The notes below the pieces were generated by a model. That model was not told the origin of the DNA, made no database searches, and was given only the letters and a program-made list of their open reading frames with translations. From a virus, in IMG/VR virus record IMGVR_UViG_3300029319_009044, positions 1 through 64,000 of that record: a stretch of DNA of 64,000 nucleotides. One strand, given 5' to 3'. Positions 18,087 through 28,985 of the stretch are shown piece after piece; position 1 is the stretch's first letter; the number at the start of each line of letters is the position of its first letter. Made by a program: the position numbers and the translations under genes.

Positions 18087-18118
18087 GTAATTATTTATGC
18101 TCTTTATTAAATATTTCT
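18084..18118. promoter_or_regulatory. back-to-back TAAATA late promoters
   Basis: TAAATA on both strands, 5-6 nt before divergent start codons at 18086 and 18119. Confidence 0.7.
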
Positions 18119-19855
18119 GTGCCTGCTAAAGATAATATGTTCTATATGGGTAATAAAAACTTACCCAATGTAAATTGGAAGGGTGAATATACTAAAGAAC
18201 AAGTAAAAGACCTTAAAAAAGCTAGTAGTAATATACTTTATTTTGCTGAAAACTTTTTTCATATTATTAACCTCGATAGAGGTAAAGAAAAAATATCTCT
18301 ATATAAAGCTCAAAAACGTGCATTACGAAAGATGAGAGACAATCGATTCTTTTGCTTATTAGCTTCAAGACAGATCGGTAAGTCGACTATGATGACGATC
18401 TATATTCTATGGCAAGCATGCTTTAATAATGATCAACGTATACTTTTAGTAGCAAACAAAGAAGCTACAGCTATTGAGATATTTCAAAGGGTAAGAATGG
18501 CATATGAAGAGTTACCAAACTGGTTAAAGCCTCCTGTTAAAGAATATGCTAAGACGTCTATGACATTAGAAAATGGAAGTAGAATAGGTATTACAACTAC
18601 TACTGGTACTGCTGCACGTGGCCAGTCTGTTAACTGCTTAGTTATTGATGAGATGGCGTTTATTGAACCTCACTTAGTAGAAGAGTTTTGGAAATCAGTC
18701 TTTCCTATTATTACTTCTTCTAAAAAATCTAAAGTGTTTGTATGCTCGACGTCTAATGGTACAGATAATCTTTTCTATAAATTGTATAGCGGAGCTATAG
18801 AAGGGGATAATGGTTGGGCGCACGATAAAATAAAATGGGATGAAATTCCAGGTAGAGATGAATCTTGGGCTCAAGCTACTAAAACAGCTATTGGTTCAGC
18901 TGATGCATGGTTACAAGAGTTTGAATGTGAGTTTATACACTCAGGTGAATCAACATTAGATGATGAATTATTTGAAGAGATGATGTCTAAAGTATCAGAT
19001 CCAAAAATAATATTAGATGATGGTCATTACAAATTATGGGAAGAGCCTGATGAAAGTAGGTTATATGTAGCGGGTGTAGATATATCTGAAGGCGTAGGGG
19101 TTGATTCATCTGTTATTCAGATATTAGATATTACAGATATTAAAGATATTAAACAGGTAGCAATCTATAGAAACAATAAGATCCCACCTTTAGAGTTTAC
19201 TAATAAATTACATAAGATACTTCGTAACTGGGGGTCTCCCTTAGCTCTCATAGAGAGAAACAATTGTGGCGCACAGGTAGTGGATAGGTTATCAGAAGAT
19301 TTAAGTTACGATAAAATAGTTTCATATGGTAATAAAAATGCTCATAGAAGAAATGTAATGAGAGGTATGATAGCTCATACAAATACAAAGTATAAAGGTG
19401 TTCTCAATATGAGATACTTTATGAATGAAGTTCGAGTTGTTACGATTAGAGAGGCAGATACAGTAACTGAGTTAAGAAACTTTGTAAGGTATCCTAATGG
19501 TACTTGGAAGGCTAGAGGAGGCTTTCATGATGATAGAGTTATGGCGATGTTATATGCGTTGTTTATTCTAGAGAAAGAGATAACAGAAAGATTCTTTGAG
19601 ATAGTAGAAGTAGATGATATGGGTAAGCCATCTGTTATTGAACCTATGGATTTTGGAGTTCAATACTTTGAAGACCCTACTTCAATTTATTTAGATGAAG
19701 AGATAGTAGGAGGGGGAAATAACAATGTTTCAGCAATAGTGTTTGGTATGGGTGAAGAAGGTGAGGATGAATTAGATGAACTTAAGTCTATGGGCTTTTC
19801 TGTGCTTGGAGAGGCGCCTCCTAATAACTGGCAAGCTGGTATAATGAAAGAATAA
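18119..19855 (+). CDS. terL: terminase large subunit (T4 gp17-like)
   Basis: YFAENF, Q motif, SRQIGKST Walker A, VIDEMAF Walker B, STSNG, QEFECEF, GVDISEG, HDDRVMA; start moved to GTG 18119 after TAAATA. Confidence 0.93.
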   Translation: MPAKDNMFYMGNKNLPNVNWKGEYTKEQVKDLKKASSNILYFAENFFHIINLDRGKEKISLYKAQKRALRKMRDNRFFCLLASRQIGKSTMMTIYILWQACFNNDQRILLVANKEATAIEIFQRVRMAYEELPNWLKPPVKEYAKTSMTLENGSRIGITTTTGTAARGQSVNCLVIDEMAFIEPHLVEEFWKSVFPIITSSKKSKVFVCSTSNGTDNLFYKLYSGAIEGDNGWAHDKIKWDEIPGRDESWAQATKTAIGSADAWLQEFECEFIHSGESTLDDELFEEMMSKVSDPKIILDDGHYKLWEEPDESRLYVAGVDISEGVGVDSSVIQILDITDIKDIKQVAIYRNNKIPPLEFTNKLHKILRNWGSPLALIERNNCGAQVVDRLSEDLSYDKIVSYGNKNAHRRNVMRGMIAHTNTKYKGVLNMRYFMNEVRVVTIREADTVTELRNFVRYPNGTWKARGGFHDDRVMAMLYALFILEKEITERFFEIVEVDDMGKPSVIEPMDFGVQYFEDPTSIYLDEEIVGGGNNNVSAIVFGMGEEGEDELDELKSMGFSVLGEAPPNNWQAGIMKE

Positions 19856-19863
19856 ATATATTC

Positions 19864-20445
19864 ATGGCTAGAAACACTATGCAGCAGTCAATGCTGAACA
19901 AATCAAGAGCTGATAAGTTTTTATTAGTTTTTGATGTACCGCCTATATTAAAGGAATTTAGTAAAAAATTTAATCAAACTAATGATACTATAATACCTGA
20001 TTCTGTTCAGTTTTCTATATTTGGAGCTGCTGTACCAGAAATTACAGTACCTGCAGTAGATAATAGATATGCTGGTAATACTTTATATGTATCTTCCCAT
20101 TCTAAAAATCCTTACCCTCCTGTATCTATAGGATTTAAAATAGATAATGAATATAAAAACTACTGGGCAATGTACTCTTGGCTTAATTTATTACATGATC
20201 AAAGAGAAGGACGTTATAATGTAAGAGAGATTAACGAAAATCAACCAGATTTTCAAGATTATCAAACAGATCTTACTATATTTGGAAAGGACGAATTCAA
20301 TAATAATCGTATAAAATTTACATATACAAAAGCATTTCCTACTACTGTCGAAGCAATTAACTATAGTTATACAGATCCTGATGAAATTACTTCAGGATTT
20401 ACATTTGTTTACTCACAATTACATACAGAAGTCATCAATTTTTGA
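19864..20445 (+). CDS. tail completion / tube terminator (T4 gp3-like)
   Basis: VPEIT.P, F.ID.EY.NY..MY.W, FPT....Y pattern; position before the sheath gene. Confidence 0.55.
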   Translation: MARNTMQQSMLNKSRADKFLLVFDVPPILKEFSKKFNQTNDTIIPDSVQFSIFGAAVPEITVPAVDNRYAGNTLYVSSHSKNPYPPVSIGFKIDNEYKNYWAMYSWLNLLHDQREGRYNVREINENQPDFQDYQTDLTIFGKDEFNNNRIKFTYTKAFPTTVEAINYSYTDPDEITSGFTFVYSQLHTEVINF

Positions 20446-20477
20446 AATTATTAACCTAAATTAGGATAAATAATTTT

Positions 20478-22829
20478 ATGGCACAGCGTACAATAAACTC
20501 CCCGGGAGTAGAAATAAGAGAATCAGATCTTTCCTTTACAGCACCTGCAGCCGCCGGAACAAACGTATACGTTACCGGCTTTGCACAGCAGGGTCCTATT
20601 GATGAAGTCTTGTTAGTAAGTACTACACAAGAATTAACACAAATATATGGCCCTCCCACAAATGCTGCAGAAAAATACTTTCATTATACTATAAGTGAGC
20701 TTTTAAATTCACCTGCTACAGTTTACGCTGGTAGATTGCCATATGGTAGAGGTAATGGAGATGGATTTGGATCTAAGTATTCTGCTTTAGCTTATCCAGT
20801 TTCAGCATTTACTACCGAGTCTGGAGGCGGAGGAGGCTCTTTTGTTTCTTCAACTTTATCTCATTCAGGTTCAGGTCTATATCTCATCGATGCGCCAGTA
20901 CATTTTGAGCTTACAGAAGCTCAATATTTAGCTATTCTAGATGGCTCAGGATATACCTGGGCAGATGCTCCTTCTAATGCTAAGACTATAGAAGATGTAG
21001 CAAACATCGGTAAAGCGGGGATTATTGTTTTAAATAAAACTCAACTAGCTAATAACGATGGTTTAGAAGGCACGTATGTTGGCCTACTTGATAATACTCA
21101 AAACCCTGCTACTAATTTCTTAGCTATATCGGGTGCTAAAGCTGTACTAAGTACCGCTACTAGAACAGAATCGTTTACAGATATTCCTAATAATACTTTA
21201 ACGTTTGATTTAACATCTTCTGCTACAGATGGTTCCGGACAGAGTATATCTCGTGTAATGGAAAATCTTACTAATTACGATTTAGATAATCAAAGCTTTG
21301 ATGATTATCTGCAGTTTGGAGTATTTAAATTACGTAAGTCAATTTACGCTAATGAAGCTACTAAACTTGATTATGTATTAACTGATGTTATTGCTGGTTC
21401 TATCAACTCTTATAGAACAGAACTTAATCCTAATGGAGGAGCTGATAGATCAGTATTTTTAGAGAATGTTTCTGATGGTGCACAAAATGTTAAAGTCCTA
21501 GTTAATGATAATATATCACAAAGATTAGCAGGGCATACAGGACTTAACACAAACGGTAGTGCAAAATTAAAAGTCAAAACTACTGGTGGTTTAAGAAATG
21601 CTACTTCGTCTAATACAGGATTTAGTGCATATCCAATAACTAACAATGCTAATGTGCAAACTGCAATAGATCTAGCAGCTAAAAATACAGCTGATTTATT
21701 CCCTCTTGGTCAATTTACTAATCAAAAAGTAACTACCAAACTTCTTGGTGATATTCCAACTAAGCTTGAAAGAGCTCTTGACAATGTTAAGAATGATGAA
21801 GTTTATAACATCGATGTAGTTGTTGAAGCTGGGTTAGGTACTATTCACGCTGTAGCAAGTGCACAAACAACTAATCCATATTACTATGATGATGAAGATT
21901 ATAGCTCAAATGTTTCAACAGCAGTTGATGGATTAAGAACTTCTGGTGACTTATCAGTAGCATCAGCAATTACATTAAGAAATAATTATTCTACAATCTT
22001 TAATAAGTTTGAAAAATTTGTTAAGCCTCCATATGAAGGTGGTGATAGAGGAGATTGTATTTTTGTAGCAGATCCTATTAGACAGATTGTCATTAAAGGA
22101 GCTAATACAAAGATCTTATCTGATAAGACAAAGAATTTTCAAACTGATATTTACTGGCCTATTAGACATCAGTTTGAGAATGAAAATACTTCTTATGCAG
22201 CTGTTTACGGTAACTGGATGGCTATTAATGATAGTTATGCAGGTAAGCAATGCTGGGTTCCATCTTCAGGCTTTGCAGCAGCTGCAATGGCTAGGAATGA
22301 TGCAGTTGCGTTCCCATGGTTTGCTCCAGCAGGATTTACTAGAGGTTTAATTTCATTCGCTAATGATGCAGCAATTAATCCTAATCAGAAGCAAAGAGAT
22401 GAACTTTACAAAGCAAACATTAACCCAATAGCTCAATTCCCTGGATCAGGAATAGTAATATTTGGTCAAAAGACTTTACAGAAGAAGCCAAGTGCATTCG
22501 ATAGAATTAACGTTAGAAGGCTTTTCTTAGCACTTGAAAGACCTACTAAGCAGTTAGCTCGACAGTTTGTATTTGAGCAGAACTCAGAGTTTACTAGAAC
22601 AAGGTTAGTTAATGCATTAACACCTATATTTGAGAGAGCTAGAAACAACGAAGGATTATATGATTACTTGATTGTATGTGACGAGAGAAACAATACACCT
22701 GCGGTAATCGATGCAAATGAGTTAGTAGTAGATATCTACATTAAACCTACTAGAACAGCAGAGTTTATATTAGTTAACTTCTACGCAACAAGAACGGATG
22801 CCAATTTCCAAGAGTTAATTGGCGGTTAA
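20478..22829 (+). CDS. gp18: tail sheath protein
   Basis: SPGVEIRE.D, PWFAPAGFTRG, RDELYK..INP, GQKTLQ..PSAFDRINVRRLF, V.CDE.NNT, IKPTRTAEFI. Confidence 0.95.
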   Translation: MAQRTINSPGVEIRESDLSFTAPAAAGTNVYVTGFAQQGPIDEVLLVSTTQELTQIYGPPTNAAEKYFHYTISELLNSPATVYAGRLPYGRGNGDGFGSKYSALAYPVSAFTTESGGGGGSFVSSTLSHSGSGLYLIDAPVHFELTEAQYLAILDGSGYTWADAPSNAKTIEDVANIGKAGIIVLNKTQLANNDGLEGTYVGLLDNTQNPATNFLAISGAKAVLSTATRTESFTDIPNNTLTFDLTSSATDGSGQSISRVMENLTNYDLDNQSFDDYLQFGVFKLRKSIYANEATKLDYVLTDVIAGSINSYRTELNPNGGADRSVFLENVSDGAQNVKVLVNDNISQRLAGHTGLNTNGSAKLKVKTTGGLRNATSSNTGFSAYPITNNANVQTAIDLAAKNTADLFPLGQFTNQKVTTKLLGDIPTKLERALDNVKNDEVYNIDVVVEAGLGTIHAVASAQTTNPYYYDDEDYSSNVSTAVDGLRTSGDLSVASAITLRNNYSTIFNKFEKFVKPPYEGGDRGDCIFVADPIRQIVIKGANTKILSDKTKNFQTDIYWPIRHQFENENTSYAAVYGNWMAINDSYAGKQCWVPSSGFAAAAMARNDAVAFPWFAPAGFTRGLISFANDAAINPNQKQRDELYKANINPIAQFPGSGIVIFGQKTLQKKPSAFDRINVRRLFLALERPTKQLARQFVFEQNSEFTRTRLVNALTPIFERARNNEGLYDYLIVCDERNNTPAVIDANELVVDIYIKPTRTAEFILVNFYATRTDANFQELIGG

Positions 22830-22853
22830 TAGAAAAACTTACTAAATATTATT

Positions 22854-23396
22854 ATGGCGACAACAATTCAAAACTTCTTTACTAAAGCAGCAGAAAATCA
22901 ATTTTCAAGAGATTTTCTTTTCCGAGTTAGAAATATAACATTAACTGGAGGACTTGAATTTGTTGGTGATAACGATCTTGTTTATGCTAAAACAGCGGCG
23001 TTACCTGGAAGAAATATTGATGATAAAGTAGTAAATTACTTTGGTCAAGAGTTTCACTTACCGGGAAGAGCAACTTACCCAACAGGGGGAGGATACACTA
23101 TTTCATTTTATCATGATGAAAATTGTGCTCTTAGAACTAAGTTTGAAGCAGCTTCAAGAATTGTTTTTAACAACGAAACTTCAGTAGGTGAATATGGTAT
23201 GCCTGGAACTGAATCAGTTATTAATTTAGTTCAAGTTGATAAACAGCTAAACGACGTAAGAAACATAGAGCTTGTAGGAGCTTCAATTAGAAATATTGGT
23301 GATGTTAGTTATGATATTGCTGATGGTACTGGAGACGTTCTAAGCTTTGACGTTACTTTTGCTTACCACTTCTATAGAGACTTTGCTACATCATAA
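22854..23396 (+). CDS. gp19: tail tube protein (gp19-like)
   Basis: Follows the sheath gene; K.A.LPG, YFG..F.LPGR, final F.VTFAY. Confidence 0.75.
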   Translation: MATTIQNFFTKAAENQFSRDFLFRVRNITLTGGLEFVGDNDLVYAKTAALPGRNIDDKVVNYFGQEFHLPGRATYPTGGGYTISFYHDENCALRTKFEAASRIVFNNETSVGEYGMPGTESVINLVQVDKQLNDVRNIELVGASIRNIGDVSYDIADGTGDVLSFDVTFAYHFYRDFATS

Positions 23397-23421
23397 TTAC
23401 TCTCGCGATTAAATATTATTA

Positions 23422-24063
23422 ATGGCGTACGAGCAATATGACTTTCTAGATGGGTATAGTTATAGTGAAAGGTTCTTTCTTTCACATCCATTTCTTTGGA
23501 AGGTAGAGTTTAATTATGATAGCTCTCTTATTCCTCAGATAAATGTAGCTGCTGCTAAAAGTTATCCGGATAGTAATCAGTGGAGAGCTATTTCTGAGCC
23601 TAGGTTATTTGAACGCAATGGTAATATATTAGTAGCGAGAGAAGTAACTGTACCTAATGAAAATTCACAATTTGATATAGCTGGTGCACAAAATTTAGGA
23701 GGGTTCTTACCTGGTTATGCTCTTAACAAACGTGTTGATTTCTTATCTAAAAATCTTGCTATAAACTTTTTTGATACTCAAGATGATATAGAGCATACAT
23801 TCTTTAGACCATGGATGATAGCTATAGGTAATGATGGTCTTTTGAACAGAAAACTTTTATGTACAAACGTAATACTACGTCAATACAATAATAGAATGGA
23901 ATTAAGAAAAGGTTATATCTTTGATGATGTCTTTCCTACTAATGTTGAAGGGTATAACTTAACTTATAATGATGAAGAGTTTAAAGAAAAGTCAGTTACC
24001 TTTGCATTTAAAAACTACAGACCTCTACCTACTTTAGGACCTGGTTTACCTTTTTTCAGTTAA
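23422..24063 (+). CDS. tail-tube-fold protein (gp19/gp54-like paralogue)
   Basis: V.VP, FRPW, F.DVFPT.V...L.Y, VTFAF pattern. Confidence 0.55.
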   Translation: MAYEQYDFLDGYSYSERFFLSHPFLWKVEFNYDSSLIPQINVAAAKSYPDSNQWRAISEPRLFERNGNILVAREVTVPNENSQFDIAGAQNLGGFLPGYALNKRVDFLSKNLAINFFDTQDDIEHTFFRPWMIAIGNDGLLNRKLLCTNVILRQYNNRMELRKGYIFDDVFPTNVEGYNLTYNDEEFKEKSVTFAFKNYRPLPTLGPGLPFFS

Positions 24064-24078
24064 GCTATAATTATTAAT

Positions 24079-24846
24079 ATGCAATGCGTATTCAAGCTTC
24101 CTAATAACAAGGAGGTAATTACTAAAGAGTTTCTTTTTAAAGATGTTAGAAACTTTTTTTATAAAATGTCATTGCAGCGTAGAGCTAAAATACTAGAAGA
24201 GTTTATAATTACTAAAAATTTAAATGTAGTAGAGAAGTTAATAACTCTCATTAAGCTTCGTCAAAGATGTGTAAAGCAGTCAGTAAGTTTAAATTTAAAC
24301 AAAATTGAGAAAGAGGTTAGTGTAGATTATATTCTTAAAAGCTTTGATGAGATAATAGACATAAGAGAAGAAAGAAGTATTAATAACATTAGCTTAGTTT
24401 TAGATTATCCTTCAAAATTTATAGTTAACTCTGATAATATTTTTAGCGTTATTCAAAAAATAAAAATTGATGAACAGGAAATAGATTTAAATGAAGTTAC
24501 ACAAAAAGAGTTTATTGAAATAACTAACTCTTTACCTGCTGAAGTTCTTAAGTTATTAACAGATTATATAGAAAGTAAAAAGCATGCTCTTTATGTAAAC
24601 TTATTTGAAGGTAGTGATAGTATAGAGTTAAATTTTTTAAATGAATCTCCGTTTATATTATTAGAGAGTTTATACAATTTTATTGATCCTTATACATTCA
24701 GAGAGTATCTATTTGTTTTAAGTAGAAGAATGAAAGATGTTACATTTTTACTCAATAGTACTTTTATTGATATACTTGATTACATGGAACTTTATAAACG
24801 AGAAAATGAAGACGATGGAGAGAAAGTTGCAAAAATAGATAACTAG
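24079..24846 (+). CDS. baseplate hub assembly protein (gp26/gp51-like)
   Basis: Resembles the neighbouring gp26-like gene (L.YP, I.I.E.E.D, F...LP); synteny. Confidence 0.45.
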   Translation: MQCVFKLPNNKEVITKEFLFKDVRNFFYKMSLQRRAKILEEFIITKNLNVVEKLITLIKLRQRCVKQSVSLNLNKIEKEVSVDYILKSFDEIIDIREERSINNISLVLDYPSKFIVNSDNIFSVIQKIKIDEQEIDLNEVTQKEFIEITNSLPAEVLKLLTDYIESKKHALYVNLFEGSDSIELNFLNESPFILLESLYNFIDPYTFREYLFVLSRRMKDVTFLLNSTFIDILDYMELYKRENEDDGEKVAKIDN

Positions 24847-24858
24847 GTAAATATTAAC

Positions 24859-25599
24859 ATGGCTACTTCTACTAGCGACTTTATTAATAAGCTTACTGAA
24901 CTTAAAAAAGATTTCAAAGTCTTTATACCATCTTTAAAAAAAGAAGCAAGTGCTAAACAAATAACTCTTAAGCAGCAAAAAGATATTATATCTACTGCTA
25001 TTAACGGAGTGTTAGGTGCGCTTCAATTTACTAAATCAGTAAATGATGTTATAAATGAGAATATAGAAGGTAAAGAATTTTATACTTTTGATAGAGTACC
25101 TATTTTATTAGCTTTAAGAGCTCATTCATTAGGTGATAAAATCAAAGCTGATAATGATGAGTTGGTTTCATTAAAGCCTGTGTTGTTAAAAGCTAAAAAA
25201 GTACCGGCTTTTAAGCTAAGTAAAGCTGTTAGTATTGATTCAATAAAAGTAGATCTTCGTATACCAACTTTAAAAGAAGAGAATGTGATAGTAAAGAGAT
25301 GTATTCAAGAAATAGATAATTTGAAATCTGAGAATCTTTCTGAAGCTATGGGACTAATTTATATCTTTGAGTTGTTAAAAACTATTAAATCTATAACTGT
25401 TGATGAAGAAACAGTCGACTTTAATGACCTTAAAGTAACTGATAGGGTTAAGATTATTGAACAATTACCTTTAGATCTTTATGATGATATAACATCATTT
25501 TTAGAACAGGTTACAAGATATGAAGCAGATCTGTTAACTATTGATGATACTTCGATTACTATCGACGCTTCACTGTTTGATGCCACTACTGCTACATAA
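24859..25599 (+). CDS. baseplate hub subunit (gp26-like)
   Basis: IPS, ILLALRA.S.G, L..PTL, I..I....E..D, IE.LP pattern. Confidence 0.55.
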   Translation: MATSTSDFINKLTELKKDFKVFIPSLKKEASAKQITLKQQKDIISTAINGVLGALQFTKSVNDVINENIEGKEFYTFDRVPILLALRAHSLGDKIKADNDELVSLKPVLLKAKKVPAFKLSKAVSIDSIKVDLRIPTLKEENVIVKRCIQEIDNLKSENLSEAMGLIYIFELLKTIKSITVDEETVDFNDLKVTDRVKIIEQLPLDLYDDITSFLEQVTRYEADLLTIDDTSITIDASLFDATTAT

Positions 25600-25607
25600 A
25601 TATATAT

Positions 25608-27059
25608 GTGGCAGAAGAAGATCAAATAGGCATACTTAGAAAATTAATGTCCGGTTTTAGTGGTAAAACCGTAAAGGATGGTATTGAAAGAGATATAGTT
25701 AAAAAAATTAATCCTACTTTAACCTCAGCTGAAAAGACGAGAATTAAAAACGAAGCTACTATATTTGCTGAGGCTCAACTAGCCGTTCAAAGAAAAAACG
25801 AAAAAGACGAGAAAGGAGAAACATCTCGTGTTACTCCTGCAGCTGCTGCTAAGACTGCTATAGAAAAAGCTAAAGAAGAAAAGCCTCCTAAATTAAAATT
25901 TCCTTTACTATTAGCCTTAGGTGCTGGTATTACAGCTTTTGCAGCTTGGATAGCAGATTTTATTGGACCTGTAGCTGAGTTTGTAGCTAAAACATTACCT
26001 AAGCTACTAAAGCCAATGGGTAAACTAGCTGGAGGTTTCTTTAAAGCCATGAAAGGTGGTAAGTTAGGTCAAGTACTAGCAGGATTAGCTAAAGGCATAG
26101 GTGGTCGTTTACTTAAATTTGGTAGATTTATTCCGGTTATAGGTTCTCTGTTTAGTTTTGGTTTTGGTATATCTCGATTTAAGAAAGGAGAGTATATACC
26201 AGCTGTTTTTGAATTTTTATCAGGTATATTAAATCTTCTTCCTACTGGTTTAGGCAATGTAGCATCAATGATAATTGACGGGGGCTTGCTATTATATGAT
26301 TTAAATAGAGCTAAAAGAGAAAAAGAAGGGGTTAAACCTGCTGGAGGTTTTGATATGTGGGGTAAGATAAAAAACTTTGCTTTAAACTTACCCGGGGTAA
26401 AAAATATTATAAGTATGGGTAAAGGCATAGGGGCTATATTTGCTGGTGATTTTGCTAAAGCAGGAGAACATTTTAACGAAGCACTTCCGTTTGTTGGTGG
26501 TTTGGTCAGTTGGTTAGCTAAAGCTGGGGCGAGTGTAAAAGCAGGAGCTGGATTTGTTTTCGGTAAAGCAGGAGACTTTTTTGGATCTATAAAAGATAAA
26601 TTTGTAAATATATTTAAATCAATTGTCAATTCAGTAGTAAATGCTATTAAGAGATTTGCTAGTATGTTTATGAGAGTAGGTAAAGGTGTAGGAGCTGCTT
26701 TTAAAGCTTTAGTACCAGGAGGGGAATCTCCTTTAGAGGCTTTTCAAAGAGTTGTATTTGCTGACGCGCCAGGTGATAGTAAAACTGTAACTGCTTCTTT
26801 AAAAAGTATAGCTACTGATAATGGTATTAAAGATGTAAAAGACCAGGCTGTAGCTAGTGAGGTTAGCAAGTCTAATGTATATCTTGAACAGTTAGTAAAA
26901 ATAATGGCTGTTATGGCTAATAACCAAGGCAATACTGCTGCACCTGTTGTAGTGCAGACCCCTCCTAATAACGATATGTCAGGTTCAATGCAAGGGCCTA
27001 GTTATTCTGATGCAAGAACTAATTTTTTTAACTCTACCTATAGTATGAACCCAACGTAA
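25608..27059 (+). CDS. tape-measure / hub-like protein (gp29-like)
   Basis: Ala/Gly/Lys-rich amphipathic helices, RFIPVIG; position in the hub cluster. Confidence 0.55.
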   Translation: MAEEDQIGILRKLMSGFSGKTVKDGIERDIVKKINPTLTSAEKTRIKNEATIFAEAQLAVQRKNEKDEKGETSRVTPAAAAKTAIEKAKEEKPPKLKFPLLLALGAGITAFAAWIADFIGPVAEFVAKTLPKLLKPMGKLAGGFFKAMKGGKLGQVLAGLAKGIGGRLLKFGRFIPVIGSLFSFGFGISRFKKGEYIPAVFEFLSGILNLLPTGLGNVASMIIDGGLLLYDLNRAKREKEGVKPAGGFDMWGKIKNFALNLPGVKNIISMGKGIGAIFAGDFAKAGEHFNEALPFVGGLVSWLAKAGASVKAGAGFVFGKAGDFFGSIKDKFVNIFKSIVNSVVNAIKRFASMFMRVGKGVGAAFKALVPGGESPLEAFQRVVFADAPGDSKTVTASLKSIATDNGIKDVKDQAVASEVSKSNVYLEQLVKIMAVMANNQGNTAAPVVVQTPPNNDMSGSMQGPSYSDARTNFFNSTYSMNPT

Positions 27060-27080
27060 TCTAAGAGATAAATAATTAAA

Positions 27081-28574
27081 ATGGCAGAGCAAGATCCATA
27101 TGAAGGAATAAGAAGCGGAAATACTCCGGGTTCATATGATATTGTTAGGTCATATGACTGGACATCTATTCCAAAAAACTCTCAGTTAAGAAACGAAGCA
27201 CCTTCAGCTTATATTACTGCTTATGAATTAGAGTATTCTCAACTGCGTTCATTTATTGATGGTTATATGAATATTTTATCTCCGCAAAATAGTACTGGAG
27301 CTTATTCTGGTAAAGGTGCTGGTTTAGATTTTTATAAAGGATTATATAGTGTAGATTCTACACCTATTGCAAGATTTAATTTTCCATTTTTTGGAGATAG
27401 TTTTCGTTCATTTAGTTCTGAATTTGCTGATACCTTTTCACCTATAAGTCAGAGAGGAGCTCAAATGTTTGGTGGTAAAGAAATACAAGGTTTATTTGCT
27501 GGTGCTGAGAGTCTAGTAGGAGGTGGAATAGCAGCTGTTAATGCTTTAGCTTCATTTGGTGATAACACTGGTGGTAACATCGGAGGTGGTTCTTTAGCAG
27601 ATAAAGTAGCTAAAAATGTTTCTGGAGCTGCTACTACAGTTACTAATAAATTAGGTTTAAATCCAGGTATGCAAACAATAGGTGCTCCTGGTACATATAT
27701 AGAGACTCCTAAATTTTATCAATATAGTAACACAGATAATGGAATACAAATAGCATTTACTTTATCTAATACTTTAGATGATGATTCAATAGAGAAAAAT
27801 TTTAAATTTATTTGTGATTTCACAAAGATAAATAGACCTTATCGTTATGGACCTATAGGTATGACTTTTCCTGCTATATATAATTTAGTAGTACCAGGAT
27901 TAAGATATATACAATGGGCATCATTAGAAGGATTTGATGTAAGTTTGTTAGGTAACAGAAGAAAAATAGGTGATCATATTATACCAGAAGCTTATGTATG
28001 TCAATTTAATTTTAGATCTCTAACTGTAGAGCCATCAAACTTTATTGATGAAATTTGTGAAGGAAGTACCATGGGAGGAGGTAAGTTTAGTACTTTTAGT
28101 GAATATAATAAAGATAGATTAGAAGAAGAAGTTGAAATACAGAAAGGTAAAGATGTTAGAAGGCGTAAGCTTCAAAGTAGAAGAGAGCTTTTTGAAGCTC
28201 AAAATCAAGGCGAGCAACAAACACAACAACCATTTATACCAGGACAGGTATCTCAACAGGTTAATAGAGAAGGTAGTATAGGGAACCAACGTAGAGTATT
28301 TTTAGGAAGAGACGAAAACGGTAATCCTATTTATGGAGGATCTACTACTACTAGCGCTTCACCAAGTGAGTTGGAAAATAGAAGATTTCAAAGAGAGGTA
28401 ATAGAACAACAAGAAAGACTAAGAGCTATAGAAAGAGGTGAAGGTCCATTAAATCAGTATTTCAATAATCTTAAAAACAATAATGCTACACAGGGGTTAA
28501 CCCCGAGGTTAAGTAGTGAGGAGAAAAAAAGTTTGGAAAATTATTTAAAAGATTTGAGAGAAAAGCAACAATAA
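27081..28574 (+). CDS. baseplate tail-tube cap (gp48-like) with C-terminal extension
   Basis: Synteny; E.PK.Y, F.L.N, P.IY.L.VPG, PEAY motifs. Confidence 0.4.
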   Translation: MAEQDPYEGIRSGNTPGSYDIVRSYDWTSIPKNSQLRNEAPSAYITAYELEYSQLRSFIDGYMNILSPQNSTGAYSGKGAGLDFYKGLYSVDSTPIARFNFPFFGDSFRSFSSEFADTFSPISQRGAQMFGGKEIQGLFAGAESLVGGGIAAVNALASFGDNTGGNIGGGSLADKVAKNVSGAATTVTNKLGLNPGMQTIGAPGTYIETPKFYQYSNTDNGIQIAFTLSNTLDDDSIEKNFKFICDFTKINRPYRYGPIGMTFPAIYNLVVPGLRYIQWASLEGFDVSLLGNRRKIGDHIIPEAYVCQFNFRSLTVEPSNFIDEICEGSTMGGGKFSTFSEYNKDRLEEEVEIQKGKDVRRRKLQSRRELFEAQNQGEQQTQQPFIPGQVSQQVNREGSIGNQRRVFLGRDENGNPIYGGSTTTSASPSELENRRFQREVIEQQERLRAIERGEGPLNQYFNNLKNNNATQGLTPRLSSEEKKSLENYLKDLREKQQ

Positions 28575-28589
28575 GGTTTAAAATAAATT

Positions 28590-28985
28590 ATGAGTTTAAC
28601 AGGAAAAACAGGAAAATATCAAGACGAGGTACCAGCATTACCTGGATTACCGTTAAATCGTTATGAGCGTATATTTAAATTATTTACTGAACCTAATAAT
28701 GGTAAAGAATTTTATTTTTATAATATTCTTAATAAAATAGAGTTTCCATCTAACATTGATAATAGTTTGTTAGATACATATATAGTAAAATCAAAACAAG
28801 CTTTAACTACAACCTCGTATGAGATATACGGTGATATTCATAGTTGGTGGATTATATATTTGTTAAACAAAGAAATTATAGGTAATAGTTTTTTTGCAGA
28901 AGGAGGTCAAGAGTTAACTTTTATTAAAAAAAATAAAAGAGGCTTAATTTACCAACAAATGACTGATGTTACACTCAATAGCTAA
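28590..28985 (+). CDS. gp53: baseplate wedge protein gp53-like (LysM-like)
   Basis: SYEIYG....WWIIYLLN. Confidence 0.7.
   Translation: MSLTGKTGKYQDEVPALPGLPLNRYERIFKLFTEPNNGKEFYFYNILNKIEFPSNIDNSLLDTYIVKSKQALTTTSYEIYGDIHSWWIIYLLNKEIIGNSFFAEGGQELTFIKKNKRGLIYQQMTDVTLNS

Noticed and set aside
18080-18118. TerL start at TTG 18080 as given in the ORF track
   Set aside because: It overlaps the divergent gene's start and promoter; GTG 18119 follows TAAATA at the usual distance
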